DNA of 64,000 nt, taken from Eutreptiella sp. 'Long Island Sound 2002' (lineage: Eukaryota > Protista > Euglenida). Shown piece by piece: positions 1-11,275 of the stretch; the first letter of the stretch is position 1; every line of letters starts with the position of its first letter. A program made the position numbers and the translations under genes. The DNA lies in the NCBI GenBank assembly GCA_964036045.1, contig OZ038378.1, positions 29,946,001 to 30,010,000 of the forward strand, written 5' to 3'. Under the pieces are notes generated by a model that searched no databases, was not told the DNA's origin, and worked only from the letters and a program-made list of their open reading frames with translations.

Positions 1-891
1 GGGACCACACACAGGCATGTGCTACTGATTTTCTTGCGCACAATACTTGTGGCACACGTGCCAGTAGTGCAACCACAACAACCGCAAGGTTCGGCCTCAC
101 CATGCATCCTTGGGTCAGTTACCACCTCTCCCTTTTGCAAGTGCACTGCCACATGAATGCGCATCCTTGCCAAAGCAATGGCCGCTCCACAAAAGAAACA
201 AAATTATGTTGCTTCCGCGGGCCGCACGTTGGTATGTGCCACACCAGTGCATGGCTCTGCACGCAACCGAGGACAATTTGGCACCTTTGCGGTTTTCACA
301 AAGGCAGATAGGGTGCCCAGTGGAATGAGCCAACAACCATCGGCATCCATTTGGGCATCCAAAAAAAACGACATGCCCATTCCGAAACTCACATTGCGGA
401 CCACACCGTCCCGTCCACCGCAACAAAATCGGATCGTTGGTCATGGCGACAAAATGAAAAAATTGACCTGTTACTTAGGCGTCACAAGTTGCCCACCCCC
501 CACCTGGCGCTATGGCCCACGGAAGTCCATGTTGTAATGAGGGGAAAAGTATGTGAAAAGGGGTGTTATTTTTTGGGTATCCAAACCCCTCTGGTGGCAA
601 CATGCAAAAACAAGGTGTGTATTTCAAATATATGCCATTATTTGCATTTCTAGAAACACACAGATTTTCAAAATAAAGACATTCAATCCCCAAAATATAG
701 TGTTGTTTTACATTTAGACCACTGCATTCCAGTGGGGGGGGGGGGCTGCCTATTTTTCTCTCCCCTTTGTTCGAGCTTGATCACAGAACCCCCCTATACA
801 CCACAGATGAGGGAACCCCAAACATACCTTTCATTGAAGCACACAGAAAACTATCCCAAAGCATGTACTTGTATTTCCTATTTTAACCAAC

Positions 892-1215
892 CTGGCCGAA
901 ATTTCGGCCAGCTCTTCGAAAAATGTCCAAACACATGGTCCTATTTGACAGACAGGCCTAAGCTGGCCGAAATTTCGGCCAGGTCCATCGAAACTCCGAA
1001 TATGATCACTGAAATGGGTACCTAAGACAATAGACATGAGCAAGGAACACAGGAGCAGTGACATTTGAACAGGGTGTGCAACATAATATACTCAATTACA
1101 AGCAAATACTTGCCACCTGACGAATCAAAGCAGACTTTTGCAGTGCCTATGGGGAAACACAATAATAAAAGGCGGAAGAGGCTGAGGACTGCATGCTGGC
1201 CGAAATTTCGGCCAG
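892..1215. repeat. Cluster of 20-bp palindrome CTGGCCGAAATTTCGGCCAG (892, 963, 1196)
   Basis: Three perfect copies read directly; first spacing 71 bp. Confidence 0.95.
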
Positions 1216-1254
1216 ACTTCATACTGACAGGCAATATAAGCAGCAGGACTGGCA

Positions 1255-3844
1255 TTAGCGCTTGCGCAGACCAGATGCACGGGGCTTCTTAGCACCTGTG
1301 TTAGGAGGAGGCTTGGCAGGGGCTGCAGCACCAGGCTTGGCAGTGGCAGAGTTCTGTGACTGTGTGTTTCCACCCTGGGATGGTGAAAAATGATTCACAA
1401 AAGTATTCATACCTTTGCCAGTAGGGGCAACAGTGCCTGAGGAGGAAGCTGGGGTGGCCTGAGCGCACTGCGTGCCACTGGGTGAGGGGGCAGGGGCAGT
1501 TTTGGGTTTCTTCTTTGGAGTGTGTGTCTCTGGTTGCGACTCTGCCTCCCCATCTTGCTCCTCAGGATCCTCATCTACATACCTAACCCCAGAACAATCC
1601 ACAGGAAAACCTGCCCCCAAGTCGTGGTACACATCCTCCCATGACTTGGGGGGGGGCACGTGTTGGTGTTGGTGATAGCTGCTCTGATGGACTGAACAAA
1701 CTCATCAGGCACAACAGTCTCCTCACCCAAAAGGGCACACACAACATTACAGTCCTTGGAAAACCTGGTAGACATCATGCTTGCAAAATACACAGACAGA
1801 GTCCCTAGCAAAAACCAGTTGCCTGCCCGTTCTGGGACCGGAACCAGGCTCAAAAGAAATGAGAATATCTCAACAGGCATCACAGACGACATGGGTCCTT
1901 CAGTAAAAGCCACGTAACGGGGCAGCCTGTTATCAAAGGCAGTGGCAGAACAAACGGAAACCAGATGGGACGTAGAAGTGTACAGCGGGGTCTTGCTTGA
2001 CAAATTGTAAATTGCAACATCACACTGATACATATCCTTAGCCACAGTGGCCTTCAAAGCAGCAACAGTGGCTTTCACATCAGCAGACTCACCCGCAATG
2101 AACACAGGCACACCGGACAAAAGCAGCTGCGCAACCAGGTTATGCAAACCAGCTGTATAGAGGCGGGGCACCTCAATGACACAAGCAGCAAAGGGCAGTG
2201 AGCTAATGATACTGGGAAAAGGGACTCCACAACGCATTGCCATCAGTTCCACACGGCCTGACTCTGCAATGAGTTTGCCTGTGCTTGACTCAACGAGGGA
2301 CTCCCTAGCACACTGGATACTGACCAGACCAGTATCAGATTTTTCACAAACAGGCTTAGCAACAGGCTTCTGCAACAATCCCCGCAACCCCTCATATTTG
2401 GGTTCCTTCCAAAGAGGGGCCTTAATTACTGCTGACCACGGGGGCCAGGGGTTTTCTTCAGTCCAGGTCCAACTGCCATAGGCTACCTTCAGGTGTGATG
2501 TCATAGCGCGCTGCCTTTTGGCCATCTCGATAGTACCAAGTGTAGCTGCAGACAGGTGGTGTCACAGGGTGGGCTCCTATTGTGCATTAATTGAACGACA
2601 CACAAGCTGGCCGAAATTTCGGCCAGGTCGGTCGATTTATTCGAATACAAACCCCTGTTTGACCAAAACATACCTCTGGTGTTGTTCACAAGCCCATTGG
2701 TAACCGCCTCGGGATGAAGAATGTGCCAGGACCACATCTGGGCCTTTTTAACATCTTTTATAATTTTTTTGAGACCAGGTAGGGTACTTTTTGTCCCATC
2801 CATGTAACCTACGATGTCGCGAAGTCGGTCAGGCGTGATGCCTTCCACTTCCTTGAACGTACCCAGTGCGGGATGTAGTCCACGCTTTTCCATGGCTGCC
2901 ATGGCGTCTACTGAAGCAAGACCCACAAATTTCACCAAACGCCCAACGCCACCCCACCGTTTGGCAACAGCACTCTGCACAGGAGAACATGTGGAACACA
3001 GAAGCTGGCCGAAATTTCGGCCAGGTCGATCGACAAAACCGAATTAATAAACGAAACACACCACAGTGCCTTCCTCGGCAGTAACACCACACTCTTCAAG
3101 CATAACAGTAATGTGACGGTACAGGGTGTACTCATTGGCATCCTCATCCTCAAGCCTATCCAGGAGTAGGGACATTCGCTCCGATGTGGTGGATGCTGAG
3201 CCAGCAGTGGCCTGGATTTGATGTAAGCCTGCAAGCCGGCGCCTAGTCCGCAGGGGGCAGTCCTGTTTGACTTCATAACCACCAAATACCAGGGTCCAAT
3301 CCGGAGTCTCCATATTTTTCATCTCAAATTCGGTCTTGTGTTTTTGGGCAGCAGTGTAAACATGCTGACCCCCCAACAGAACCCAGCGAGTGGCTGTGCA
3401 ACAGGAATATTCGTAACAGCAGGGTCGAAAATTCAGACGCGAAAACGGTACTATCGAGAAGAATACCACAACACACATACGAGTGACTTTATAAAAAAGA
3501 AAATCCTGGATGTAATCCACAGGCGGGGCTGCCTTCAGATCGTCGTAGCGGCGTTGCACGCGATCATCCGAAATCCTACGGACCTGCCCAAATTTTCGGT
3601 CGTGGTCGATAATAATCTGATCCCACCGAACCTTTATTTTCGTCGTTGACGTAACCCAGTCGGATAACTTGATGGAGGATGATGAATTTTTCTTTGGTGC
3701 GGCCTTAGGCTTCTTTTGAAGTCCCTCTGTGCTCGCCTGGTCCTCTTGAGACTGGGATTGCACTTGAGATTGCCCATTGTCTGCTGCAGGCTCACCATCT
3801 GGCGAAACAGCCATGTCCTGTGATACCCCTCCAGGCTCAGTCAT
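1255..3844 (-). CDS. ParB/Srx-like N-terminal domain protein, about 762 aa, 4 exons (3481-3844, 3062-3393, 2674-2974, 1255-2545)
   Basis: Three GT-AG introns (3394-3480, 2975-3061, 2546-2673; donors GTATGT, GTGTGT, GTATGT) join the ORFs in frame. ParB-like motifs VRWDQIIID..KFGQVRRI and WVLLGGQHVYTAA, then PLRTRRRLAGLHQ. A +1 shift is needed at the G9 run 1648-1656. AG acceptor 11 nt before the ATG. Confidence 0.7.
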
Positions 3845-3963
3845 AAAATAAAGGGCTACAGGGCAACATTTCATGAAGGGGAGAGTTCCCAGATAGCAAA
3901 TAACAAGCACAGATCAACCAAAAAAGGACCAAAACGGACTGCCGGACAGGAAAATCGGATAAC

Positions 3964-4122
3964 CTGGCCGAAATTTCGGCCAGCACTGCTCTGCATGTCA
4001 AACCACTGTGTACAAATACCATTCTGAGAGGCTGGCCGAAATTTCGGCCAGAACCTTATGTCATTTGTGTTCTGGGGGTAGCCATATGACAAAACAACAA
4101 GTCTGGCCGAAATTTCGGCCAG
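3964..4122. repeat. Intergenic cluster of 20-bp palindrome (3964, 4032, 4103)
   Basis: Three perfect copies, spacing 68 and 71 bp, between the transposase end and the ParB-like start. Confidence 0.95.
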
Positions 4123-4214
4123 AAAAACATGAAACAGCAAATAGACACACCAAAATCACTGGCAATGCGTGGCAGAACCCATACCACAGTGACAAACACA
4201 GCTGCAAACAGAAA

Positions 4215-6435
4215 TCAGTCCCAGTCCTGGGTATCCACACCGATGTGTTCCGCCTCATCTAGGGCTTCAAAGGAGGCAACGCTGTCTGCATCACAATCAA
4301 TATCCTGGTCACTATCACAAGAGTCGACAGCAATGGAATCATCAGGGGCGGGGGGGGGGGGGGGTACTGGGTGGGGGGGGGGGCGGGGGGGGTACTGGGG
4401 GGCCTCTGGCTCGGGGCTTCGGGGGTGGCTTTGGGGGCAAGGCAATTCCACCAGGAGCAGCAGTAGCAGCAGCAGGCGGTGCACGGTTGGCAGCACGAAT
4501 AGAAGCATGTGCAGTACGCAACACCCCTTGCTCGGCAGCAGTGCGGGCAGGTGCATTTGTCTGTAAAAAATCCTCAACACCCATAGGAACCCTGGTACGC
4601 GCAACCAGATTTTGGATTGCATGCAACGGAACCACTTTTAAACGGTCTGTGGTGATTCGTGTCCTAGACATGGTACCGGGGAACGTCAAATCCTCAACTG
4701 CATCCAGTCTTCTCACCTCAACTTTATAGTCCGGAACGGGAACACAAATGGGCAGGCTCTGTGTATGGGCTGTCAGGATGAATTGTTTAAGATTGGCAGA
4801 GAACATTGCCACGGATCTCTCAGTCAGCACACCACGCAAAACTTTCTCTCCCGGTTGGACAGGGGGAAGTGTCAGAAATAAATCAGACAACTGTTGGACA
4901 CTAGTACAGGCAGTGTTGCGGCGACAGTGGGCTGAGAACCGACTCAGAAGTGCCTCACCCAGCTCCTCAGAGTGGATACACCCTAGGGAGGCGGAATGCC
5001 ATTGACTCCAAAACAAAAGAGCAACAGCGGTGGTTTTCACATACTCCGTGGTTAACTGTTCCTCGGGCTTTAGGATGTTCAGCATGAGCAGTAGTAGGGA
5101 CATCTCAAGTGCCTGCTTAGCTACAATACCGGAACCTGCCCCCCGTCCCTCCCAGTTGCACTCACGAACCAAAGTCCGAATGCTGAAAGCAGCTGGACAG
5201 TATGTGTACAGCAAAGCCTTAAGGGCTAATAACATACGCAAACCCTTGCGCTGAATGGGTGTCAAGTCCCGCTGGCTATTGAGCAGGGAAGTGACGCGCT
5301 CATCTAGTCTGCCTCTATTGGACGATGTGGCTAGCATGAGTCCAAGCAACGTCTTTTCCATATGGATGACCTTGACCTTGCGAGGGAGGATAGACCCAAC
5401 CTGAAGGCTGTTCCCATGCTCCAAAAACTTAATGAACGGCGGGAACGCCCTGTAGATCAATTCAACGCAATACTTATAGCTATGCCATAGTCCGTACACC
5501 AAAGGAAAACCGAACAGTAATTGTCATACATTCCAGGGAACATAAGCAGCACCATAACACAGCTTAAGTAGGGCAAAGTGTATTTTCATGTCCACAAGCA
5601 GCGGAACGCAGTGTCTGGTGCGGTGTTCCACACATGACAAATCAACCACGAGTTGCAAAAGCTCTTTGTGTGTGCCGGAGCGGAGCTCAGACAGGAAAAA
5701 GGGTCTCCAGTTGAGGGAACGGACATTTTTTCTGGCAATATCCAAAGGAGCACGAACCCAAACTCTCTGAATACCTTGGTTGGCAACATCAATACGATCA
5801 AACAATGCTCTATGTGAGGGAAAGATGTCATCAGCAACCTTTGGTACCCTGGCCTCAATTTCGGCCAGCTCCGGCAGACCCCGGTATGCAAGTAGGGCAG
5901 TAGTGTGCAAAACAGCAACAGCTGTGCAGTTTAGGGTTAAGTCGGGTGAATGGGGATCAGCTCCCGACCTGTAACGCCTCAAGTTATCAAACCATATACA
6001 AACTTGCCTACGGTGCATGGTGTTCCACAAGTTGTGTGCTGCTAGTCCAGCACGATGGTGAATGGACTCCTGCTTAGTGTTACACTGACCAAGGACTCCT
6101 ACCTTACGGCGTTGGCGGCAGGACATAATACCCCAGTTGTAACCAGACCCACAGTTAGAGTATGGGAGGGCCATACGGCGCAGCAGGCAGTATAGGGCAT
6201 GGAACTGTGACAAAAATGTCATGTACCATCGTGGGGGCTTCTTCTCAGTGGCGGCAGCCTTCAACTGTGTCAAGGAGTACCGGCTCCTGCGATTCTTCCG
6301 CAACAAGAGGCAGAATTGCAAAAGCTTTTGCAAAGTCCCACCACGTAATGCATTTCGCAACAGCCCTTTGGCTGTAGTAGCAAAAGCACCAGTAACTGCA
6401 GCATGTACAACATTGACAGTAATAGCAGAAGACAT
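4215..6435 (-). pseudogene. DDE-type transposase, Academ/DUF6589-like, about 740 codons, one nonsense codon
   Basis: ORFs 5524-6435 and 4342-5502 are in the same frame, separated only by TGA at 5524-5526; this aligns to Arg in the 40-42 kb paralogue. Motifs IWFDNL ... LLVDMKIHF ... VYGLWHSYK ... HSEELGEALLSR. The acidic C-terminus (to 4215) is reached by a frameshift in the G-run near 4345-4400. Confidence 0.7.
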
Positions 6436-6506
6436 TAATGCTGAGACAAGAAAACAGTTATGTAGGAGTGTATGGTGTAATACTCATGAACAACGACAAT
6501 TGCAAG

Positions 6507-6807
6507 TTGGCCGAAATTTCGGCCAGGTGTGTTCAAAGGGGAAATAATTGCTTAAATGTTCAAAAATAGGAAAAGCCGGCCGAAATTTCGGCCAGACCGC
6601 CCAAAAACCAAAATATAAGTGCTTGAATAGTGAACAGACCAAAAAGCTGGCCGAAATTTCGGCCAGCCCTAAGAAAAATGAAAATAACTATGCCTATTCA
6701 CCAGGAAACCAAAAAGCTGGCGGAAATTTCGGCCAGAAGGGTCAAAAACTGCATATACACATAGTTGTTTGCAATGTTACCCAAAACCTGGCAGAAATTT
6801 CGGCCAG
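6507..6807. repeat. Regularly spaced array of five 20-bp palindromes (6507, 6576, 6647, 6717, 6788)
   Basis: Period 69-71 bp, with 49-51 nt A-rich spacers; one perfect copy and four with one mismatch. Confidence 0.95.
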
Positions 6808-7391
6808 CTTCAGAAAAACGTCAAATACAACACACTAGAAGACGGGGATACACAAGGCTAACACATCAACACGTATTTCAACGGGTGTCACACAGCTCTG
6901 CCAACAACTTTGGTCCCATACGTCAAACAACATACTCAAAGTAGAAATGTAGAATATTGTCAAATCGCGCGTGTACGGGGTCCTAGAGGGTGGGCAACTT
7001 GTGACGCCTAAGTGTTACGGGGATGGCATGTCCTGTCGCAAGCGCCTCCTCAGTGGTACCATAAACCCGTGCACCGTCAACCAGGGATGGATCTAACTAG
7101 GGGGGTGGGTGTCCCTCCCCCCCCCCTTGTTGTGACGAGGCGTCACGATATGTGTCACGAAAAAACCCGGTCACAGATTGAGCCACGCAGGGTACCAAGA
7201 GGCAGGCAGCACACCCCTTCCAGAGAGGCATTCAATGCAAACCATTGCATAGTCCAACAAACAGTTTTTTTTTGTTTCTTGCTAGTACACTAGGGTTCTT
7301 ATTCACTGTCACTGTGCACCACGGTTCTTATTCACTGTCACTTTCACTGTCAGTACCACTTTCCTCGTCACTGACACTAAGGGCGCTTGAG

Positions 7392-9700
7392 CTAGAAAGA
7401 GGACAGGGAGCTGCCTGAATCTGAGAGCTGTTCCAGGTTATCAACATACTCCGCAGTTTCTGGCACAAGGCGTTCCCTGGCTTGTCCTTTTCCCTTGTCC
7501 TTTCGAGGCTTCCTCACAATTTGAGAAGATCGCCGCCGCCGCTGTGCCGTGCTACCCCATGACCGAGCCACTAACTCATACGGGTAGCCATCGGCATCAA
7601 CATCCTCGGCCCCAATTAAATGCAACCGAACCATGGGCCAGCTCATTCGGTTGCGCAAGGCTGTCATGATGCGGTTCAGGGTTGAAATGGCCCTCTCCGC
7701 ATCATAGGATGATGGTGAGGCAACCGCCCCATACAACCTCAGGGACATGGGCAGGCTTTCTATGGCTACCAGTGCCTGCCAAAACTTAATGAATGTGTCC
7801 ACACCATTCATCTGTGACTTGTTTGCCTGAGGAAGATCAAAATACCTTTTTTTGGCAAGCCCAAAATGCTTGTGAGCGCCATACAAATTAGGGCAGGCCA
7901 GCCCCCATTTTTTTTTCTGATGCAACCACCTTGTCCATCTCCTCTGGTGTCACTGTTGCAATTTGCCAGGTCCTGAAATCTGCAACTTGCAGCTGGGTGT
8001 ATGCCTCATTTTGGAAGCTTTCCTCTTGCTGTTGCAATAGCTTTGTCAACAGAATCGTTTTCGTCACATCAGCGCCCCCGACCCCTTTACTGTCCAACAC
8101 CCAGCCATGCAAAACCGCCCGTTTGACCTCTTTTCGCACAACTAAATTGTGACGCAACCGCCTCTCATATGGACCATGTTTATTTTGGAGTTCACGCAGC
8201 TCTTCTTTCACTGTGCGTAGCACGCTCGCTATTCGTGCCGCACAGGCATTCCCTTGTTGTCCTTCAAAAGAAAGCTGCAACAGGGATGTCAACACGTCTT
8301 GCGGCACTGCAGTGTAAACATGGAATTTTAGGGAGGCCAGAAGAGTGACAATGACATACAGTTTTTCATGCTCTGTTTCTCCTTTTTTTGTGCCTTGGAA
8401 CCCGGTTTCAACTTCGGGGCTGTCATTTTTTTTAGTGCACGCAATTTCTTGCTCGGGACCTTGTGTGTGGCTGCAGCATTGGAGAGGACAACCTCTCTTG
8501 ATCAAGCAAAGGGTGGGCCCAACCCACCGCTGTACAACCTTTCCCTGCCAACTCGCCGATTTCTCATTTTCCTGCTGCATCAAAGCATCAACCTGCCCGG
8601 CGACAAGGTTACTTTTGCGCAGCATTGCGCTAAGGTTGCGCAGCCCTGTCAAAATCTCACTGTGAAAAGCCAGCCCCTCTATAGCCGTATGCACACTGGA
8701 TTCACATTCGTGGGCCACATCGGTAAACTGCCAACAATCAACGGCGCCCAAAGCCTTCACTTTAGCACTGAATCCAGCTCTGACGCCGGTCATTGCACTA
8801 GCGTTGTCTGTAGAGCAAACAACTAATTTACGCAAAACAGCTTTCACATCTCCAGGCTCAGACGACGCGTGTTGCAAAAGCCATTGCAACTGCTCCTAAA
8901 ATCAGGCCGCCAGCCGGTCTGCACTTTGGGGCTTTTCTACGAACTCCTGACTGTCAACTTGAAAAAAATCTTCAATACTACGGGTTACCAACTTGTCGCA
9001 AGTGTACTGTTCCCGATAACATATCAATAAAGCGACATTTGACTATATCGGGGGGGGGGGGGGCGCATGGCCTTTTTATGCGCCCCGTCTATTATCAACC
9101 CCCACATTGGCGTGTCCAACAATCCCGTTGCTGTGATGGACCGTTCCCTGGAGACAATGTGGTTCATCAGCTGTTGTGCGTGCTTACGGCCACTACCGAA
9201 CACAGATTAAAAAACAAGGCGCATCACAGTCCTGTGGCAGGGTAACCAGGGGAGTGAAGTCAGTGTCAGGCCTCGTGTGTTTCAACGGATGCACCGCAAT
9301 GCGCAAGTTGCCAATGTCCTGCTTCCGTTGCCAATCCTTTAGAGGAGTCTCTGCGTCACATCCCGCTGCTGCTCTTAAGTGGGTTGTGCTCTGCAGCCCA
9401 ACAATCTGTGGAAACCATGGTGGCACAACAAGCAGCAACTAAAAATGGGCCTGCACGCGTGCCACAGCACAGAAGCAGTGCACCCGGCTGATGTTGTGTG
9501 CAGCACGAAGCTGTTTAGCGGCTGCGCGAGCATCATTGAGACCACAGGCAGCAGATTGCAGCACAGCCTGCACGACGTCACTGAAATTCACCTCAGGAAG
9601 CACAGTCTTGACGCACAACACTTGAAAGCTTGGCACAGGACCCAGAAAGCCACGAGCACTCCCTTCAGACAGCAATGGTGCCAGTGACTTCCCCATAATG
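7392..9700 (-). pseudogene. Degenerate hAT-family transposase
   Basis: WGLIIDG (first D), VCSTDNASAMTG, DVAH (CxxH position), and C-terminal dimerisation-like SSYDAERAISTLNRIMTALRNRMS. Multiple stops and frameshifts; termini not found. Confidence 0.75.
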
Positions 9701-11275
9701 ATTGAATACTGCTTTACGTCACTGGTTAGGTGGGGTTTCACAGGTGGCTTGGTTGTCCTCTGTGCAACATACGTGTCGTGCACCTCCACACAGACCGCAC
9801 GTGGATACTCCTTCACCATGACAGCCGCAGCCTTCTCGGCAGCTATCTTTCTTGCACTTGTGACCTTCATATGGGGCTCGCAACGGACGTGTTCCGTGGG
9901 CACGTTTGGTTTTTCATGGTGCACCGTTGACGGCGGGGATGGATCTAATTTGTGCGTCACTCAGGGGCTGGGGGTGGGGGGTGGGGGGTAGTGAATTGTG
10001 ACATGTCACAAAAAATACAATAGGCCATAGTGGGAAAACGGCTTTTCTGAAAAAATTGTGACACCCAAAAGACTTTGTGGTACTTCCTGAGGGCAGTGGT
10101 ATTTCTGAGGGCATGTGGGAAGGTTGTGGAATTGTCATGTTTGTGTTTTTGAGCTTGCTGTTTTCTGTGACAGTTCTAGTTTTGTGACATTCTGATTGCA
10201 CACGCAACATAGAAATGAGACACGGTGTCAACCGACACTGTGTTCTCTGTAGGCTCCAATGACTGAAGATATTGACAACTCATTCGTGTGCTGCATCTTT
10301 CTGACAGCCTTTGTCACAGTTCTGTCATGGGTCGAAAGAAAGTGGATTGTCAGTGTGATCCGCCGTGTGTTTCTGCCGCGGCATGTCGACAAAAAAGGAG
10401 CCGTGCAGGCCGTCGCGCCGTGGGTGCTGTGGGTGCAGCTGTGGTCGGTGTTGGTGCTGTTGTTGCAGCTGCAGCTGCTCTAGCCGCCAGGTCCGGACTG
10501 CAAACGCCTATCAAGCGGCCTGCATCACCGACACAAATGGCACCTCCTCGGAAAGCAACAAAACACAGGAGCCTGTTTGAAACATTTCAGGCACAACAAC
10601 CAAAGGCTCCTCCGATAGTGAAGGTGCAGGATGTTGCGCCAGCTCTGCTGTGGTTCCGCGGTCACGGTGCATTTGAGGGGGACGCACTTGCCACTGTGAC
10701 TGCGTCTTTATCAAAATTGCAATTGTGATACAATGCAACATTGTTTACATTTGTGGGGGTTTGACCACACCGGGCGGTTTGTGATGTGCGCCGCAACCGA
10801 TCGGTTGACGCATGTTCAACATTGCCGTTCAAATACTCAATGACAAGTTGTGTAATATGCACGGTGTGCCCATTGGCGCAGGGGACATAGGCTCGATTTC
10901 GGTCACAACCATGACAACACAGCCACAATTCCAGGGAACAAGCATCGGTAGGATCGCTATCCTCCATTCAAGGCGGTCCTTAACGCAAAAAGTTGTTCCA
11001 TAACTTGGTATTTTCAAAAGAGCCCGCGGACAGTACATGTCTTCACCCCGGTGTTCCCAACTGTTCAACCATGAGTCCCCAGCCCAAAATTTGTGCAAGC
11101 ACACAACCATATGATCCTAGCCCCACATGTGTTGAACGATAGCATCCGAACCGTACCTCACACCCTGCACAATTCAACATGAACAAGAGCAATGTTGTTT
11201 TCAATCAAATGCAGTGACACAGCGTTCGACCACCCACATGTTCCATTGCCGTTGGCACAGCTCATAACAAACCCT

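Larger units (their letters stand above)
474..7012 (-). mobile_element. Complete two-gene TIR DNA transposon (Academ-like DDE transposase + ParB-like gene + palindrome arrays)
   Basis: Perfect 25-bp inverted repeats CTTAGGCGTCACAAGTTGCCCACCC at 474-498 and 6988-7012, flanked by the direct repeat TGTTA (469-473 / 7013-7017). Two minus-strand genes inside. The TSD could also be read as 3 bp (GTT) with 26-bp TIRs. Confidence 0.9.

Noticed and set aside
5524-5526. TGA recoding or alternative genetic code
   Set aside because: It aligns to Arg (CGA to TGA is sufficient), and host genes show no in-frame stops.
892-6807. Calling the palindrome arrays a CRISPR locus
   Set aside because: Eukaryotic context, no cas-like ORF, 20-bp fully palindromic repeat, and spacers share A-tract features. 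Kept as a structural finding only.
7291-7352. TTCACTGTCA repeats matching half of the element-2 palindrome; possible TIR pairing with 12281-12293
   Set aside because: Half-sites only, 31 kb from element 2. The putative TIR pair is weak and has no TSD.
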